Source: Terriglobia bacterium (lineage in GTDB: Bacteria > Acidobacteriota > Terriglobia > 20CM-2-55-15). Taken from it: a stretch of DNA of 64,000 nucleotides. The notes under the pieces were generated by a model. That model was given only the letters and a program-made list of their open reading frames with translations. It was not told the DNA's origin and did no database searches. Of the stretch, positions 10,298 to 19,849 are shown in pieces. The DNA is taken from positions 192,001-256,000 of the forward strand of contig CBDCLE010000026.1 in assembly GCA_965218585.1 (NCBI GenBank), given 5' to 3'. Position 1 is the first letter of the stretch. Each line of letters starts with the position of its first letter. A program made the position numbers and the translations under genes.

Positions 10298-10610
10298 CTA
10301 GGCGTTCGAGGTCTTTCTTGATAACGCCGAGGTGCGTAACGTTTCGAGCGAGGCGGTCTACATCGTTGATCAAGACGGTGTCGAACGAGCCGCTCGACGC
10401 TGCGTTGCGTAAGCGGCCCAATGCCGGGCGCTCCAACACGCCGCCGCTCCAGCCTTCGTCCTTGAAGACGCCCACAACCAACCACTGCCGGTCTCTTGCG
10501 AACCGTTCCAACTCGGCGACCTGGGATTCGATGGTCTGATCTTCCCCTTGTTCTTCGGTCGAGACGCGCGCGTACAGCGCGACGCGTAGCTTTTCTTTTT
10601 TCTCGGACAT
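10298..10610 (-). pseudogene. Serine recombinase N-terminus truncated at IS1380
   Basis: ALYARVSTEEQ, DEGWSG, RPAL, DRLAR. Confidence 0.85.
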
Positions 10611-10649
10611 CGAACAGGGGTTAAGAGTCGGAGCGAGCGGAGGAAGGGC

Positions 10650-11021
10650 CTAGATTTCTATCAGCCCTACACTGATCTGGAGGGCTCGATCGACATGGGC
10701 CATTGTCTCGGCACGCAGCTTACCTAATCGTTTCACGAGCCGCCGCCGGTCGATCGAACGGATCTGGTTCAGAAGCACTATCGAATCGGACGTGAGGCCG
10801 CCTTCGCGTGCCTTGATCGCGACCTCCGTCGGATACAACTTGTCGTCGATCTTCGAGGTGAGAGCCGCCACGATTGTGATTGGACTGTGCCGATTTGCAA
10901 CGTCGTTCTGCAAAATCAGGGCTGGGCGCGTTTTGCGAATCTCCGCGCCCAGCGTTGGATCAAAATTGACCAGGTAAACCTCTCCCCGATAGGGTTGGGT
11001 TACCTTGCTTCGCTCGGCCAT
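10650..11021 (-). CDS. mazF: MazF/PemK endoribonuclease toxin
   Basis: RGEVYLVNFDPTLGAEIRKTRPALILQND; QIRSIDRRRL. Confidence 0.93.
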   Translation of the reverse strand: MAERSKVTQPYRGEVYLVNFDPTLGAEIRKTRPALILQNDVANRHSPITIVAALTSKIDDKLYPTEVAIKAREGGLTSDSIVLLNQIRSIDRRRLVKRLGKLRAETMAHVDRALQISVGLIEI

Positions 11022-11242
11022 GCTTCTTCATCAAGATTGAACCACTCGGTGACGAGGCTAAGATCGCGGTCGCCCCGGTTCCGGGCGCCTTCTTCGAGCT
11101 GCTGCTTCAACCGGGCACGGCCTAGAGTCTGGACGTACCCGCGAACGGCCCTGTCTACGAGCCGACTCCGTTGGCCCTTGCTGGCGACCTGATCCATCAG
11201 CCGGATGGTTTCTTCCGGGAGGGTCACGTTGATCCGTTTCAT
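11000..11242 (-). CDS. Ribbon-helix-helix antitoxin
   Basis: MKRINVTLPEE...RSRLVDRAV; overlaps toxin start. Confidence 0.85.
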   Translation of the reverse strand: MKRINVTLPEETIRLMDQVASKGQRSRLVDRAVRGYVQTLGRARLKQQLEEGARNRGDRDLSLVTEWFNLDEEAWPSEAR

Positions 11243-11273
11243 AAGGGTTACCTCCACATTAAGCTGTACTATG

Positions 11274-11300
11274 AGAATACACACTATTCGTGTGTGTCAA
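11274..11300 (-). promoter_or_regulatory. TA promoter with palindromic operator
   Basis: TTGACA then ACACAC-N5-GTGTGT inverted repeat and TATTCT. Confidence 0.55.
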
Positions 11301-11876
11301 GTCGCGTAGTGTGGATAACTAGCTATTGATCACCTATTTATTGTCCGTATTCTTGCCGATTTTTTGACCCTAAAAAGCGGCTTTCGACGGACTCCGGGCC
11401 GTCGAGGATGATGCGAAAAGCACGCTGCAGCGCTTCTTCGGCTTCTTTCGCCTCTTCCGACGGATCTCTCGCACTGGCTCTCCGGCCAACACTTTCTCTT
11501 TCATCGATCCTCCTCCGATCGCTCCGATCACGAAAGTGTCTCTTAGTTTTGCAGCGATTTCTGTCCGACATGGCTGACGGGCTACAATCCACACCTCCGT
11601 CAGGATCCACGGCCCTCTTCAGGTCGGTGCCGGATGCGTTCAACCCATCTGGGACGGGATCTGGTGCGTTACGCATGGCGGCGGCCCATGCCGCACCCGG
11701 ATCGTCTTTTGAGAGCCTCGCTCGTCTCCGGTTGGGACTTCCGAGCCGGGAACGCCGCTAATGTAAGCTGCCCAGTCCTGGTTGGACTTCTCCGAAGACC
11801 ACGGGATCACATGAGCTGATCACCGAGGGCGACTACTCGCCGCATCTGTCATATTTTGGTCTAACCGGAACCAAGG

Positions 11877-12190
11877 TCACTCCCACTCCCCCTCGGCGTC
11901 CCGCCGTAGGGCCTCGGCGAGTTCCGGATCGCCCTCGCCACGCCGGATCGAGCTCTCCACCAGATCGACCCGCCGTCCCAGATCGGCCAGCCCGGCGGCG
12001 CGGGCGAGACCGTAAAGGCTGGCCGCAACAGCGGCCAGCACCAGACCCAGATGGGCGGAATAACGAGGCCATAGTCGGCGAGGATCAGCCGCCAGAATGG
12101 CGCGAGATACTCCAGGCGCGAACCACCGGCGAGGAAAGCCGCTCCGGTAAGCGCGGCGGTCAGGCCGGCGCTGATTCTCCACGGTTGCAT
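11877..12190 (-). pseudogene. Small membrane protein (copy 2), frameshifted
   Basis: MQPWRISAGLTAAL... and ...GLADLGRRVDLVE...DAEGEWE in different frames. Confidence 0.5.
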
Positions 12191-12200
12191 CGTCGTTCTC

Positions 12201-14984
12201 CTAGAGCTCGAAGGCGGCCGGGTCCCGCTGGGCCGGACCACGGATGGAAGTCTTGTCGCCGCAGGTGCCCAGTGCCCGAAGCACGCGGGCTTGGGAGCGT
12301 CCGGTGGCGTGCACCACGAAGCCGGCACGAGCCTTGGCCCGGATGGCGGCGGCGCTGTAGTGTCCGGAGGACACCTCGACGTTGACGCGGCCGGTGCGCC
12401 CGTCCTCATCGGTGTACTCCAGCTGCGCATCGGGGTAGTGCACGCGCCCCTGCTCGTCGATGGGCAGGTCCAGTTCCCGTGCGGCGCGGCGCCGCTCGGC
12501 ATCGGCCGCCTGTCGGCCGTCCCGCACCCGCGCGGTTTCGCTACGCCGGGCGACGGCGCTCTTCAACTCGTTGTCGAGCCGGACGCGCCGGAGGGTGGCG
12601 CCGTGTCCGGACAGGCGCTGCTGCTCCCGCCCGCAGGCTCGATAGATGGCGGTGTCGTGGACGATCTGGGCGCGTTGGATGAGACCGGATTCGAATTGTT
12701 GTCCGGAGTCGAGATCCTGCTCGACGGCGATATCGCGGGCGGTGTCCGCCCCTCGTGAAGTGAGGGTCACCACCTGGAATGGATTCCCCTTCGGACCTGT
12801 GGCCGTGGACTCCCGCGCGAGCCCCTCCTCGATCCAGCAGTTGACGGCCCGGCGCGTCGTGTAGGGATGGCCGCCGAAGTGGGCCTCGGCCAGGTCCCGA
12901 AACGAGACGTTGCGGTAGATTCCCACATCGGCCAGGGCGCGCTTGGAACGTTCGCGAAAGGACACCCGCTCGGCGTGCTCCCGGGGGTCGTACTCCCGGC
13001 GATGGCCGTCGCGCATGCGGTAGGCATCGCGGATCTCCGGCGCGGGACTTCGATCCGATTCGATCATGCGGTCGAGCATCGTCAATCCCTCAGCGACTCG
13101 GTCCGAAACTCCGCTCCGGAACCGTTGGCGCAACCCCAGGCACGCGAAGCTTTGTACACCTCTGTTTCGGGCGGCCCGAGCAAAGTTTTTAGCTGCGATC
13201 CGGTCGTCCTCCTGGAAGCTGCCTCGAGACGCCATCGAATGAACCAGGTAGTAGTCCGTCGTGATGCCGTCCAGCGCCCCAGGAAGTGTTTCTGGAGAGG
13301 AAATCGACTGCGTAGCGACAATGGGGATGCAGCGGCATTGGCGGGTCAGGGCAAAGGATTTTTCATCACCCGAGGGGTCGTCCTCCCCCACCGAAGCGAA
13401 GGCCTGATATTCATCGCAGATAAAGACGGCGGGCCGGAAGTAGACGCCCGGCGACTCCTTCATCCTGGCCGGTCGCATGAGAAGCGCCTGTAGCCAGGCG
13501 TTCTTGAGCATGACTCCCACGGCACGGGCCAGCGCCGGATTGATACCGGCGGGCATGTTCAAGGTCAGCACCTTGCCCCCCTCGATCAGTTCATAGAGTG
13601 GGGGCAGATGGCGCGGCCCGTCGATTCGTTCCTCTTCGACCGGCGGAATCGACGTGGGCGCGGGTTTGTCTCCTTCCCCGCCGCCCGGCTTCTTGTCCGG
13701 CTCCTGGGCGTCCCTGGCCTGGACTGAAATGGCCTGTGGATCGTCGGGGACTTCCGGCGGTCCCGGACAGAACACCCTGGCCACATCCGGCATATCGAAC
13801 ATGGACAGGAACACCGAAACCCCTTCGACAATCGAGGACTTGATTTTGTTGTCCAGCGTTTGCCAGTCATGGACAAACCAGCGTTTGACTGCCGCCACCC
13901 GTTCCCGCACATCGTCGCCGCTTCCGGGCTCCCAGACCACCCGGTAGGTCAGCTTGAGTTCGTCCAGTTTGTTAAGCAACGGACGGCTGTAGACGGCTTG
14001 TTGTTCGTCCGTGTCCGGGGCGTCTTTCCACACCCATTCAGCGAGCTTCATGAGTTGGGCTTTCAACACGTCCTCCGGGACGAAAACCGTTCCTGTGTTC
14101 AACTCGTCGCTGAACTCTTCGGCTCGCTTGATCGTGGCCGCGAAAAGGTCCGGGTCGATGGCACAACTGTAGACCTGCTGCAACGTCACCCAACGCTCCG
14201 GGAGCGCCCGGTGAAGCTCGATAATCCAGCGGACCAGATTGGTATAGGCTTGCTGCCAGAACGGTTCCTTTCCCTTGCCGAATAACTGATTGAGCAGAGA
14301 GGAAACGGTGTAGGCCAGCGAGTAGGAATCGAGCCACCAGGCCAAGAGCGGGTTCCACTGCCAGTGCCCCTTCATTCCCAGCTCGATGTAATCCTTTCCA
14401 CGGCCCGCCTCGATCAGGATTCGGCGGATGTCGTGGCAGAAATCTCCCTTGACTTCGAGCACCAGCGCCGCCGCCCGCTTCTGTGGATTCTCGGCTTGCC
14501 AGCCGAGAAGTTGCCGGGCGAAGGGGTGAATGCACGCCGAAGTTTTCCCGGAGCCCACGGCCCCGAAGATCGCCACTCCGGTATACAGTCCCCGCTCCGG
14601 GATGATGAGCCAGGAAGGATTGAAGATCTCGCGGGCCTCGACCGGATGATGAACCTCGCCGACGACGATTCCGGGGCCCGCTTGTTTGGAAGACAGCGGC
14701 CACACCGGGAGTGCTCCGAAGGGGGCAAAATCCCGCCTCCGGCCCTCCAGCCAGACCTTCCAAACGGACAGGACAATGAGGCCCGTGAGCATGACCAGGA
14801 CGAAGGGGAAAACGTAATACCAGAGCGGTACCCACCCGTAGAAGTTCGGGGTGTAGTAGTCCATCAGATCGAGCAACGGACTCTCCCCCAGCATGGGGAA
14901 GGGATGCCGGACAAAACTCCACACGGCGTACCCCAGCCCGCCGAAAAACAGAAGGATATGAGGAATGAATCGACGCCATTTCAT
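12201..14984 (-). CDS. VirD4/TraD-like coupling ATPase fused in frame to an epimerase fragment and a replication-relaxation-like domain
   Basis: N-terminal TMs, Walker A GAVGSGKT, EVKGD, ICDEYQ, VATQS; C-terminus matches 5608-6465. Confidence 0.7.
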   Translation of the reverse strand: MKWRRFIPHILLFFGGLGYAVWSFVRHPFPMLGESPLLDLMDYYTPNFYGWVPLWYYVFPFVLVMLTGLIVLSVWKVWLEGRRRDFAPFGALPVWPLSSKQAGPGIVVGEVHHPVEAREIFNPSWLIIPERGLYTGVAIFGAVGSGKTSACIHPFARQLLGWQAENPQKRAAALVLEVKGDFCHDIRRILIEAGRGKDYIELGMKGHWQWNPLLAWWLDSYSLAYTVSSLLNQLFGKGKEPFWQQAYTNLVRWIIELHRALPERWVTLQQVYSCAIDPDLFAATIKRAEEFSDELNTGTVFVPEDVLKAQLMKLAEWVWKDAPDTDEQQAVYSRPLLNKLDELKLTYRVVWEPGSGDDVRERVAAVKRWFVHDWQTLDNKIKSSIVEGVSVFLSMFDMPDVARVFCPGPPEVPDDPQAISVQARDAQEPDKKPGGGEGDKPAPTSIPPVEEERIDGPRHLPPLYELIEGGKVLTLNMPAGINPALARAVGVMLKNAWLQALLMRPARMKESPGVYFRPAVFICDEYQAFASVGEDDPSGDEKSFALTRQCRCIPIVATQSISSPETLPGALDGITTDYYLVHSMASRGSFQEDDRIAAKNFARAARNRGVQSFACLGLRQRFRSGVSDRVAEGLTMLDRMIESDRSPAPEIRDAYRMRDGHRREYDPREHAERVSFRERSKRALADVGIYRNVSFRDLAEAHFGGHPYTTRRAVNCWIEEGLARESTATGPKGNPFQVVTLTSRGADTARDIAVEQDLDSGQQFESGLIQRAQIVHDTAIYRACGREQQRLSGHGATLRRVRLDNELKSAVARRSETARVRDGRQAADAERRRAARELDLPIDEQGRVHYPDAQLEYTDEDGRTGRVNVEVSSGHYSAAAIRAKARAGFVVHATGRSQARVLRALGTCGDKTSIRGPAQRDPAAFEL

Positions 14985-15237
14985 AGTGTTTGTCTCTCTT
15001 CCGTCAGCGCCCCGCCGGGGGCGTTTTTCGAGCCTTCCCGCAGGGATCAATTAAGGACGATAGCGACCCTCATGGGGCCGGATAGAGCGTGCAACACCTC
15101 GCCTCTATCGGGGCCACATGACCCCGCGCTTTTTAGGGGGGTCGCTATCGTCCTCCCCGATTTCGCTGGATCGGCACGGTGGAGGCCGATTGGTATGGGA
15201 TAACCAAAAAAGAATTAAGGAGATAGGCGGATATGGT

Positions 15238-15316
15238 CTTGCAACACCTTTTGTCCGAATCCTGCAACACCCCCCTCTCTGAGGGTGTTGCATCCTGGAT
15301 CGGAAGGTGTTGCAAG
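15238..15316. repeat. Nested inverted repeats of TGCAACACC
   Basis: CTTGCAACACCTT/AAGGTGTTGCAAG (13 bp) enclosing TGCAACACCC/GGGTGTTGCA (10 bp). Confidence 0.8.
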
Positions 15317-15837
15317 AAAAAATCCCTCGAATCATGCCACATTTCCCATTGCTGTTGACCCCCATTACAGGGTTCCTTCGGGACCGGCAAAACGCTCCGC
15401 AAACCACATCCCGTAGTCGTCAATCGAGACCCCTTCCATCACCTTCGCTTCGGGCAGACTTTGGAGCGCCGCAGACCGTTTCATGGCTCCACCGAATCCC
15501 CCGTACCGGGCCAGAAATTCTCGGTCTTTATGGGTCATCGCTTCGTCAATCGCCTTGATTTCCGGATTCACCGTCCGCCCCTCGCCGGGCTCCCTTGGGA
15601 CCGCTGCCGCCCATGCCCGCAACACCCGCTCCGCCCGCTCGACCGTGGAGCGAGACTATGGCCCAGCCGTTGAGGTCTTTCGCCGAGAAGGGTGATGGAA
15701 TCCCCTCGGCCGCTCCCGGTTCGGCTCTATCACCCCTCGGTCTTCGCATCCGAAAGCGAACGCTTCGAACATCCGGTCATGTTCTATGAGAATATACGCT
15801 CTTCGCCGGGAGCCAGAATGAAGGCGGAACCAAAACG

Positions 15838-16878
15838 GTGACGGGCGAAGGGAAAATCGACCGGAACAATAATATGGTGAAGCGATTTTTGAACAAACTT
15901 GATGGTTGGGTCCGCAATAGGACCCATCGCATCCTTGGTTTTCTTGAAGATCGGCTTGCACCGTTCACCTTGATGGTACTTGCAGCCGTGCTTACTCTCT
16001 CGATCTGGTTCTGGGATTCGTGGAGAGGGGAAGAAGAATCTGTCGGCATGGCAATCCGCAATCTTGTTCTGGCCATTGCCGCAATAGCTGCGTTGCCCCT
16101 TGCCATTTGGCGCAGCAAGGTGGCCGAACGTCAGGTTGCCACGGCACAGGGCGGCCTGCTGAACGAACGCTATCAAAAAGGTGCGGAAATGCTGGGCAGC
16201 AAGAATCTCCCGGTCCGTCTCGGCGGTATCTATGCCCTTGCGGATTTGGCTCGTGAGCACCCCGAGGACTATCACACGAAGAGTATGAGTCTCCTCTGCG
16301 CGTTCGTGCGCCACCCGGTCGGGGAATCTATTGAGGCAGCCTTGCCGATAAAAGGCTTAACCCCCGCCGCCGAATTCATACACGGTTGGGATGAAGAAGA
16401 TGAGGCAATCTATGGGGTCGGCAAAGGCCGACCGCTGCGGGTGCGCGAGGATGTTCAGGCAGTCATGACGGCGATCGGTGAGCGCATCGAGGCTCAAATC
16501 AGAACAGAAAAAAGGGAAAACTACAGGCTGGAGTTAAGCGGAACGAAGCTGAGATTTGTGCAGCTGCTCGATGCTGACCTGAACCGTACGAACCTGCTCG
16601 ATGCAGATCTGACCAGTGCGGTGGTGGTCGGTACGTATCTGAAAGATGCGTATCTGAAAGGTGCAAATTTTGAAAGTGCGAATCTGCTCCGGGCGAATTT
16701 GACCGGCGCTGACCTGAGAGATTCTAGAGGTCTCACCCAAGAGCAAATTGATCAAGCGCAGGCGGATTCCGGCAACCCGCCGAATCTAACGGATGTCGTT
16801 GACGCCACGACCGGCAAACCGCTGGTCTGGCGCGGCGACCCATTCCGGAGTGATAGGACAGGAATCAGAACACGATAA
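15838..16878 (+). CDS. Membrane-anchored pentapeptide-repeat protein
   Basis: Two TMs, ERYQKGAEMLG...VRLGGIYAL, ADL/ANL repeats. Confidence 0.85.
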   Translation: MTGEGKIDRNNNMVKRFLNKLDGWVRNRTHRILGFLEDRLAPFTLMVLAAVLTLSIWFWDSWRGEEESVGMAIRNLVLAIAAIAALPLAIWRSKVAERQVATAQGGLLNERYQKGAEMLGSKNLPVRLGGIYALADLAREHPEDYHTKSMSLLCAFVRHPVGESIEAALPIKGLTPAAEFIHGWDEEDEAIYGVGKGRPLRVREDVQAVMTAIGERIEAQIRTEKRENYRLELSGTKLRFVQLLDADLNRTNLLDADLTSAVVVGTYLKDAYLKGANFESANLLRANLTGADLRDSRGLTQEQIDQAQADSGNPPNLTDVVDATTGKPLVWRGDPFRSDRTGIRTR

Positions 16879-16960
16879 GAATGCGAGATCGGAAACAAGT
16901 ACGTTTTTTCGATTCAAGTGAACCTGCTGGACGCCGCGCCGCATGCGTGCTGCTGACGCC

Positions 16961-19819
16961 GTGACGGCGGGTGAGTTCATCGCCAAGTGGCGGGCGTCGG
17001 AACTGAAGGAGCGCGCGGCTTCTCAGGAGCACTTCATCGACCTGTGTCGACTGCTGGTCGAGCCGACGCCAGCGGAGGCCGACCCGACGGGCGATCGCTA
17101 CTGCTTCGAACGTGGAGCGCGCAAGGACACAGGCGGCGACGGCTGGGCCGACGTGTGGAAGCGGCACTGCTTCGCATGGGAGTACAAGGGCAAGCGCAAG
17201 GATCTCGACACGGCTTTCAATCAGTTGCGACAGTATGCGCTGGCGCTGGAAAACCCGCCCCTGCTTGTCGTCTCGGATATGGCGCGGTTCCGAATCCGCA
17301 CTAACTGGACGAACAGCGTGAGCGAGACGCATGAATTCACGCTCGACGATCTCGCGGACGGCGCAATCCGAGACAAGCTCAAATGGGTTATGTCTGACCC
17401 GGAGCGGCTGCGGCCGGGCGAGACGCGGCAGGCGGTAACCGAACGCGCGGCGACAACCTTCGCGGAGCTTGCGCAATCGCTGCGGAACCGGGGCCACGAT
17501 CCGCAAACGGTGGCGCATTTTGTCAACCGTCTCGTGTTCTGTATGTTCGCCGAGGATGTGGGCCTGCTGGCCGACAACATGTTCACCCGGATGCTGGAAC
17601 ATGCGCGGTGCCGGCCGGATGAGTTCGCCGCCCTGGCGCAGGACTTATTCGGAGCGATGTCCGCCGGCGGTCGGATCGGGTTCGAGGCGGTGGCATGGTT
17701 CAACGGCGGACTGTTCGACGACGATGCCGCCTTGCCTCTCGACAAGGCCGGGATCGAGACAACGCTCAAGGCGGCGGCGCTCGACTGGTCGGAGATCGAC
17801 CCTTCGATCCTGGGCACGCTGTTCGAGCGTGGGCTCGACCCGGACAAGCGTTCGCAGCTTGGCGCGCATTACACGGACCGCGACAAGATCATGCGGATCA
17901 TTGAGCCCGTGGTCGTCCGTCCCTGGCTCGCCGAATGGGAGTCGGCGAAGGTCGAGATCGCCGCCGAACTGAAACGGGCGGACGCCGCCCGATCGCGGCC
18001 CGCCCGCGCAAGACGACGCAAGGAGGCCGAACAGCAGTACCGGGCGTTTCTCAACCGACTGCGCGCGTTCACGGTGCTCGATCCGGCATGCGGCTCGGGC
18101 AACTTCCTCTACCTCGCCATACAGGCGCTCAAGGACCTGGAGCACCGGGTGCAGCTTGAGGCGGAGGCCTTGGGTTTCCAGCGCGCGTTCCCGGAAACCG
18201 GCCCGGCCAACGTCAAGGGCATCGAGATCAACCCGTACGCGGCCGAGCTAGCGCGCGTGTCAGTATGGATCGGAGAGATCCAATGGATGCGGCGCAACGG
18301 CTTCGCGGAAGCGCGCGACCCGATCCTGAAACCGCTCGACACCATCGAGTGCCGCGATGCGATCCTGACGCCGGAGGGCGGTGAGCCGGATTGGCCGGAG
18401 TCCGATGTCGTGATCGGCAACCCGCCCTTTCTTGGCGGAAAGCTTCTCAACACCAACCTTGGCGACGACTATGTATCGAGAGTTTTCAGTCTTTATGAAG
18501 GCCGCGTGCCAGCAGAGGCCGACCTCGTCTGCTACTGGTTCGTGAAGGCCGGCGAGCACGTGGGGGCGGGCAATGCGAAACGTGTGGGCCTTGTATCGAC
18601 CAACTCAATTCGTGGTGGGGCGAACCGGCGGGCGTTGCAGAACGCGATCGCTGATCGCCCAATATTCGAAGCATGGAGCGACGAACCTTGGGTGATCGAT
18701 GGCACGGCAGTGCGCGTTTCCATAGTGTGTTTCTCGCGACAGGAGGCCGGGGCGGTGCTGGAAAGACGGCTCGATGGCCAGCCTGTGGATGCCGTCCACG
18801 CCGATCTGACCGCGCTGCGCGGTGGGGCTGGCGTGGATTTGACGGTAGCACAACGTCTTGAACGGAACATCGGCGTCGCGTTCATGGGCGACACGAAGGG
18901 TGGCGCGTTCGACGTGTCGGGGACCCAAGCACGCCAATGGCTCTGCCTGCCGGCAAACCCAAACGGTCGGACCAATGCCGACGTTCTGAAACCGTGGATC
19001 AACGGAATAGCCCTCACCCGGCGGCCGGCAGATAAGTGGATTGTCGATTTCGGGTGGACAATATCAGAGCGCGATGCGGCTCTCTACGAAGAGCCGTTTC
19101 GGTGGGTGCGGGAACGTGTCTACCTGAAGCGGCAGGAAAACCGCCGCGAATCCTATCGCGACCAGTGGTGGCGGCATGTCGAGCCGAGACAGGGCATGTG
19201 GCGGGCTCTCGATGACCTGCCGCGCTTTATTGCCACACCCACCGTCGCCAAGCACCGGTTGTTCGTCTGGTGCGATGCGCGCATCTGTCCCGACCATGCC
19301 CTGATCGTCGTCGCGCGCGACGACGACACGATGTTCGGCATCCTGCACAGCCGATTTCACGAGGCGTGGTCGTTGCGGCTCGGCACATGGCTTGGTAAGG
19401 GCAACGATCCCCGCTACACCCCAACCACGACCTTCGAAACCTTCCCCTTCCCGGACGGCCTCTCTCCCGATATTCCCGACGACGACTATGCGAACGACCC
19501 CCGCGCTGTTGCCATAGCCGCGGCCGCGCGGCGACTTGTCGAACTCCGCGACCGCTGGCTCAACCCGCCCGAATGGGTGGAATGGGTGGACGAGCCGGTT
19601 CCCGGCTATCCCAAGCGCCCGGTTCCCCGTGACGAGGAGGCCGCGAAGGTGCTCAGGACGCGTACGCTGACGAGCCTCTACAACACCCGCCCGCAATGGC
19701 TCGCGGACGCACATGCGGCCCTGGATGCTTCGGTCGCGGCCGCCTACGGTTGGCCGGCCGACATCCTCGATGACGAGGCCCTCCGCGAACTGCATGCGCT
19801 TAACTTGGCGGGTGGCTGA
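16961..19819 (+). CDS. Type IIG (MmeI/YeeA-like) restriction-modification enzyme
   Basis: N-terminal AD...WEYK nuclease motif, GAHYT, LDPACGSGNF, GNPPF; C-terminal target-recognition region. Confidence 0.9.
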   Translation: MTAGEFIAKWRASELKERAASQEHFIDLCRLLVEPTPAEADPTGDRYCFERGARKDTGGDGWADVWKRHCFAWEYKGKRKDLDTAFNQLRQYALALENPPLLVVSDMARFRIRTNWTNSVSETHEFTLDDLADGAIRDKLKWVMSDPERLRPGETRQAVTERAATTFAELAQSLRNRGHDPQTVAHFVNRLVFCMFAEDVGLLADNMFTRMLEHARCRPDEFAALAQDLFGAMSAGGRIGFEAVAWFNGGLFDDDAALPLDKAGIETTLKAAALDWSEIDPSILGTLFERGLDPDKRSQLGAHYTDRDKIMRIIEPVVVRPWLAEWESAKVEIAAELKRADAARSRPARARRRKEAEQQYRAFLNRLRAFTVLDPACGSGNFLYLAIQALKDLEHRVQLEAEALGFQRAFPETGPANVKGIEINPYAAELARVSVWIGEIQWMRRNGFAEARDPILKPLDTIECRDAILTPEGGEPDWPESDVVIGNPPFLGGKLLNTNLGDDYVSRVFSLYEGRVPAEADLVCYWFVKAGEHVGAGNAKRVGLVSTNSIRGGANRRALQNAIADRPIFEAWSDEPWVIDGTAVRVSIVCFSRQEAGAVLERRLDGQPVDAVHADLTALRGGAGVDLTVAQRLERNIGVAFMGDTKGGAFDVSGTQARQWLCLPANPNGRTNADVLKPWINGIALTRRPADKWIVDFGWTISERDAALYEEPFRWVRERVYLKRQENRRESYRDQWWRHVEPRQGMWRALDDLPRFIATPTVAKHRLFVWCDARICPDHALIVVARDDDTMFGILHSRFHEAWSLRLGTWLGKGNDPRYTPTTTFETFPFPDGLSPDIPDDDYANDPRAVAIAAAARRLVELRDRWLNPPEWVEWVDEPVPGYPKRPVPRDEEAAKVLRTRTLTSLYNTRPQWLADAHAALDASVAAAYGWPADILDDEALRELHALNLAGG

Positions 19820-19849
19820 TAAATTGGAGAAAAGAACCCGTAGGGAGAG

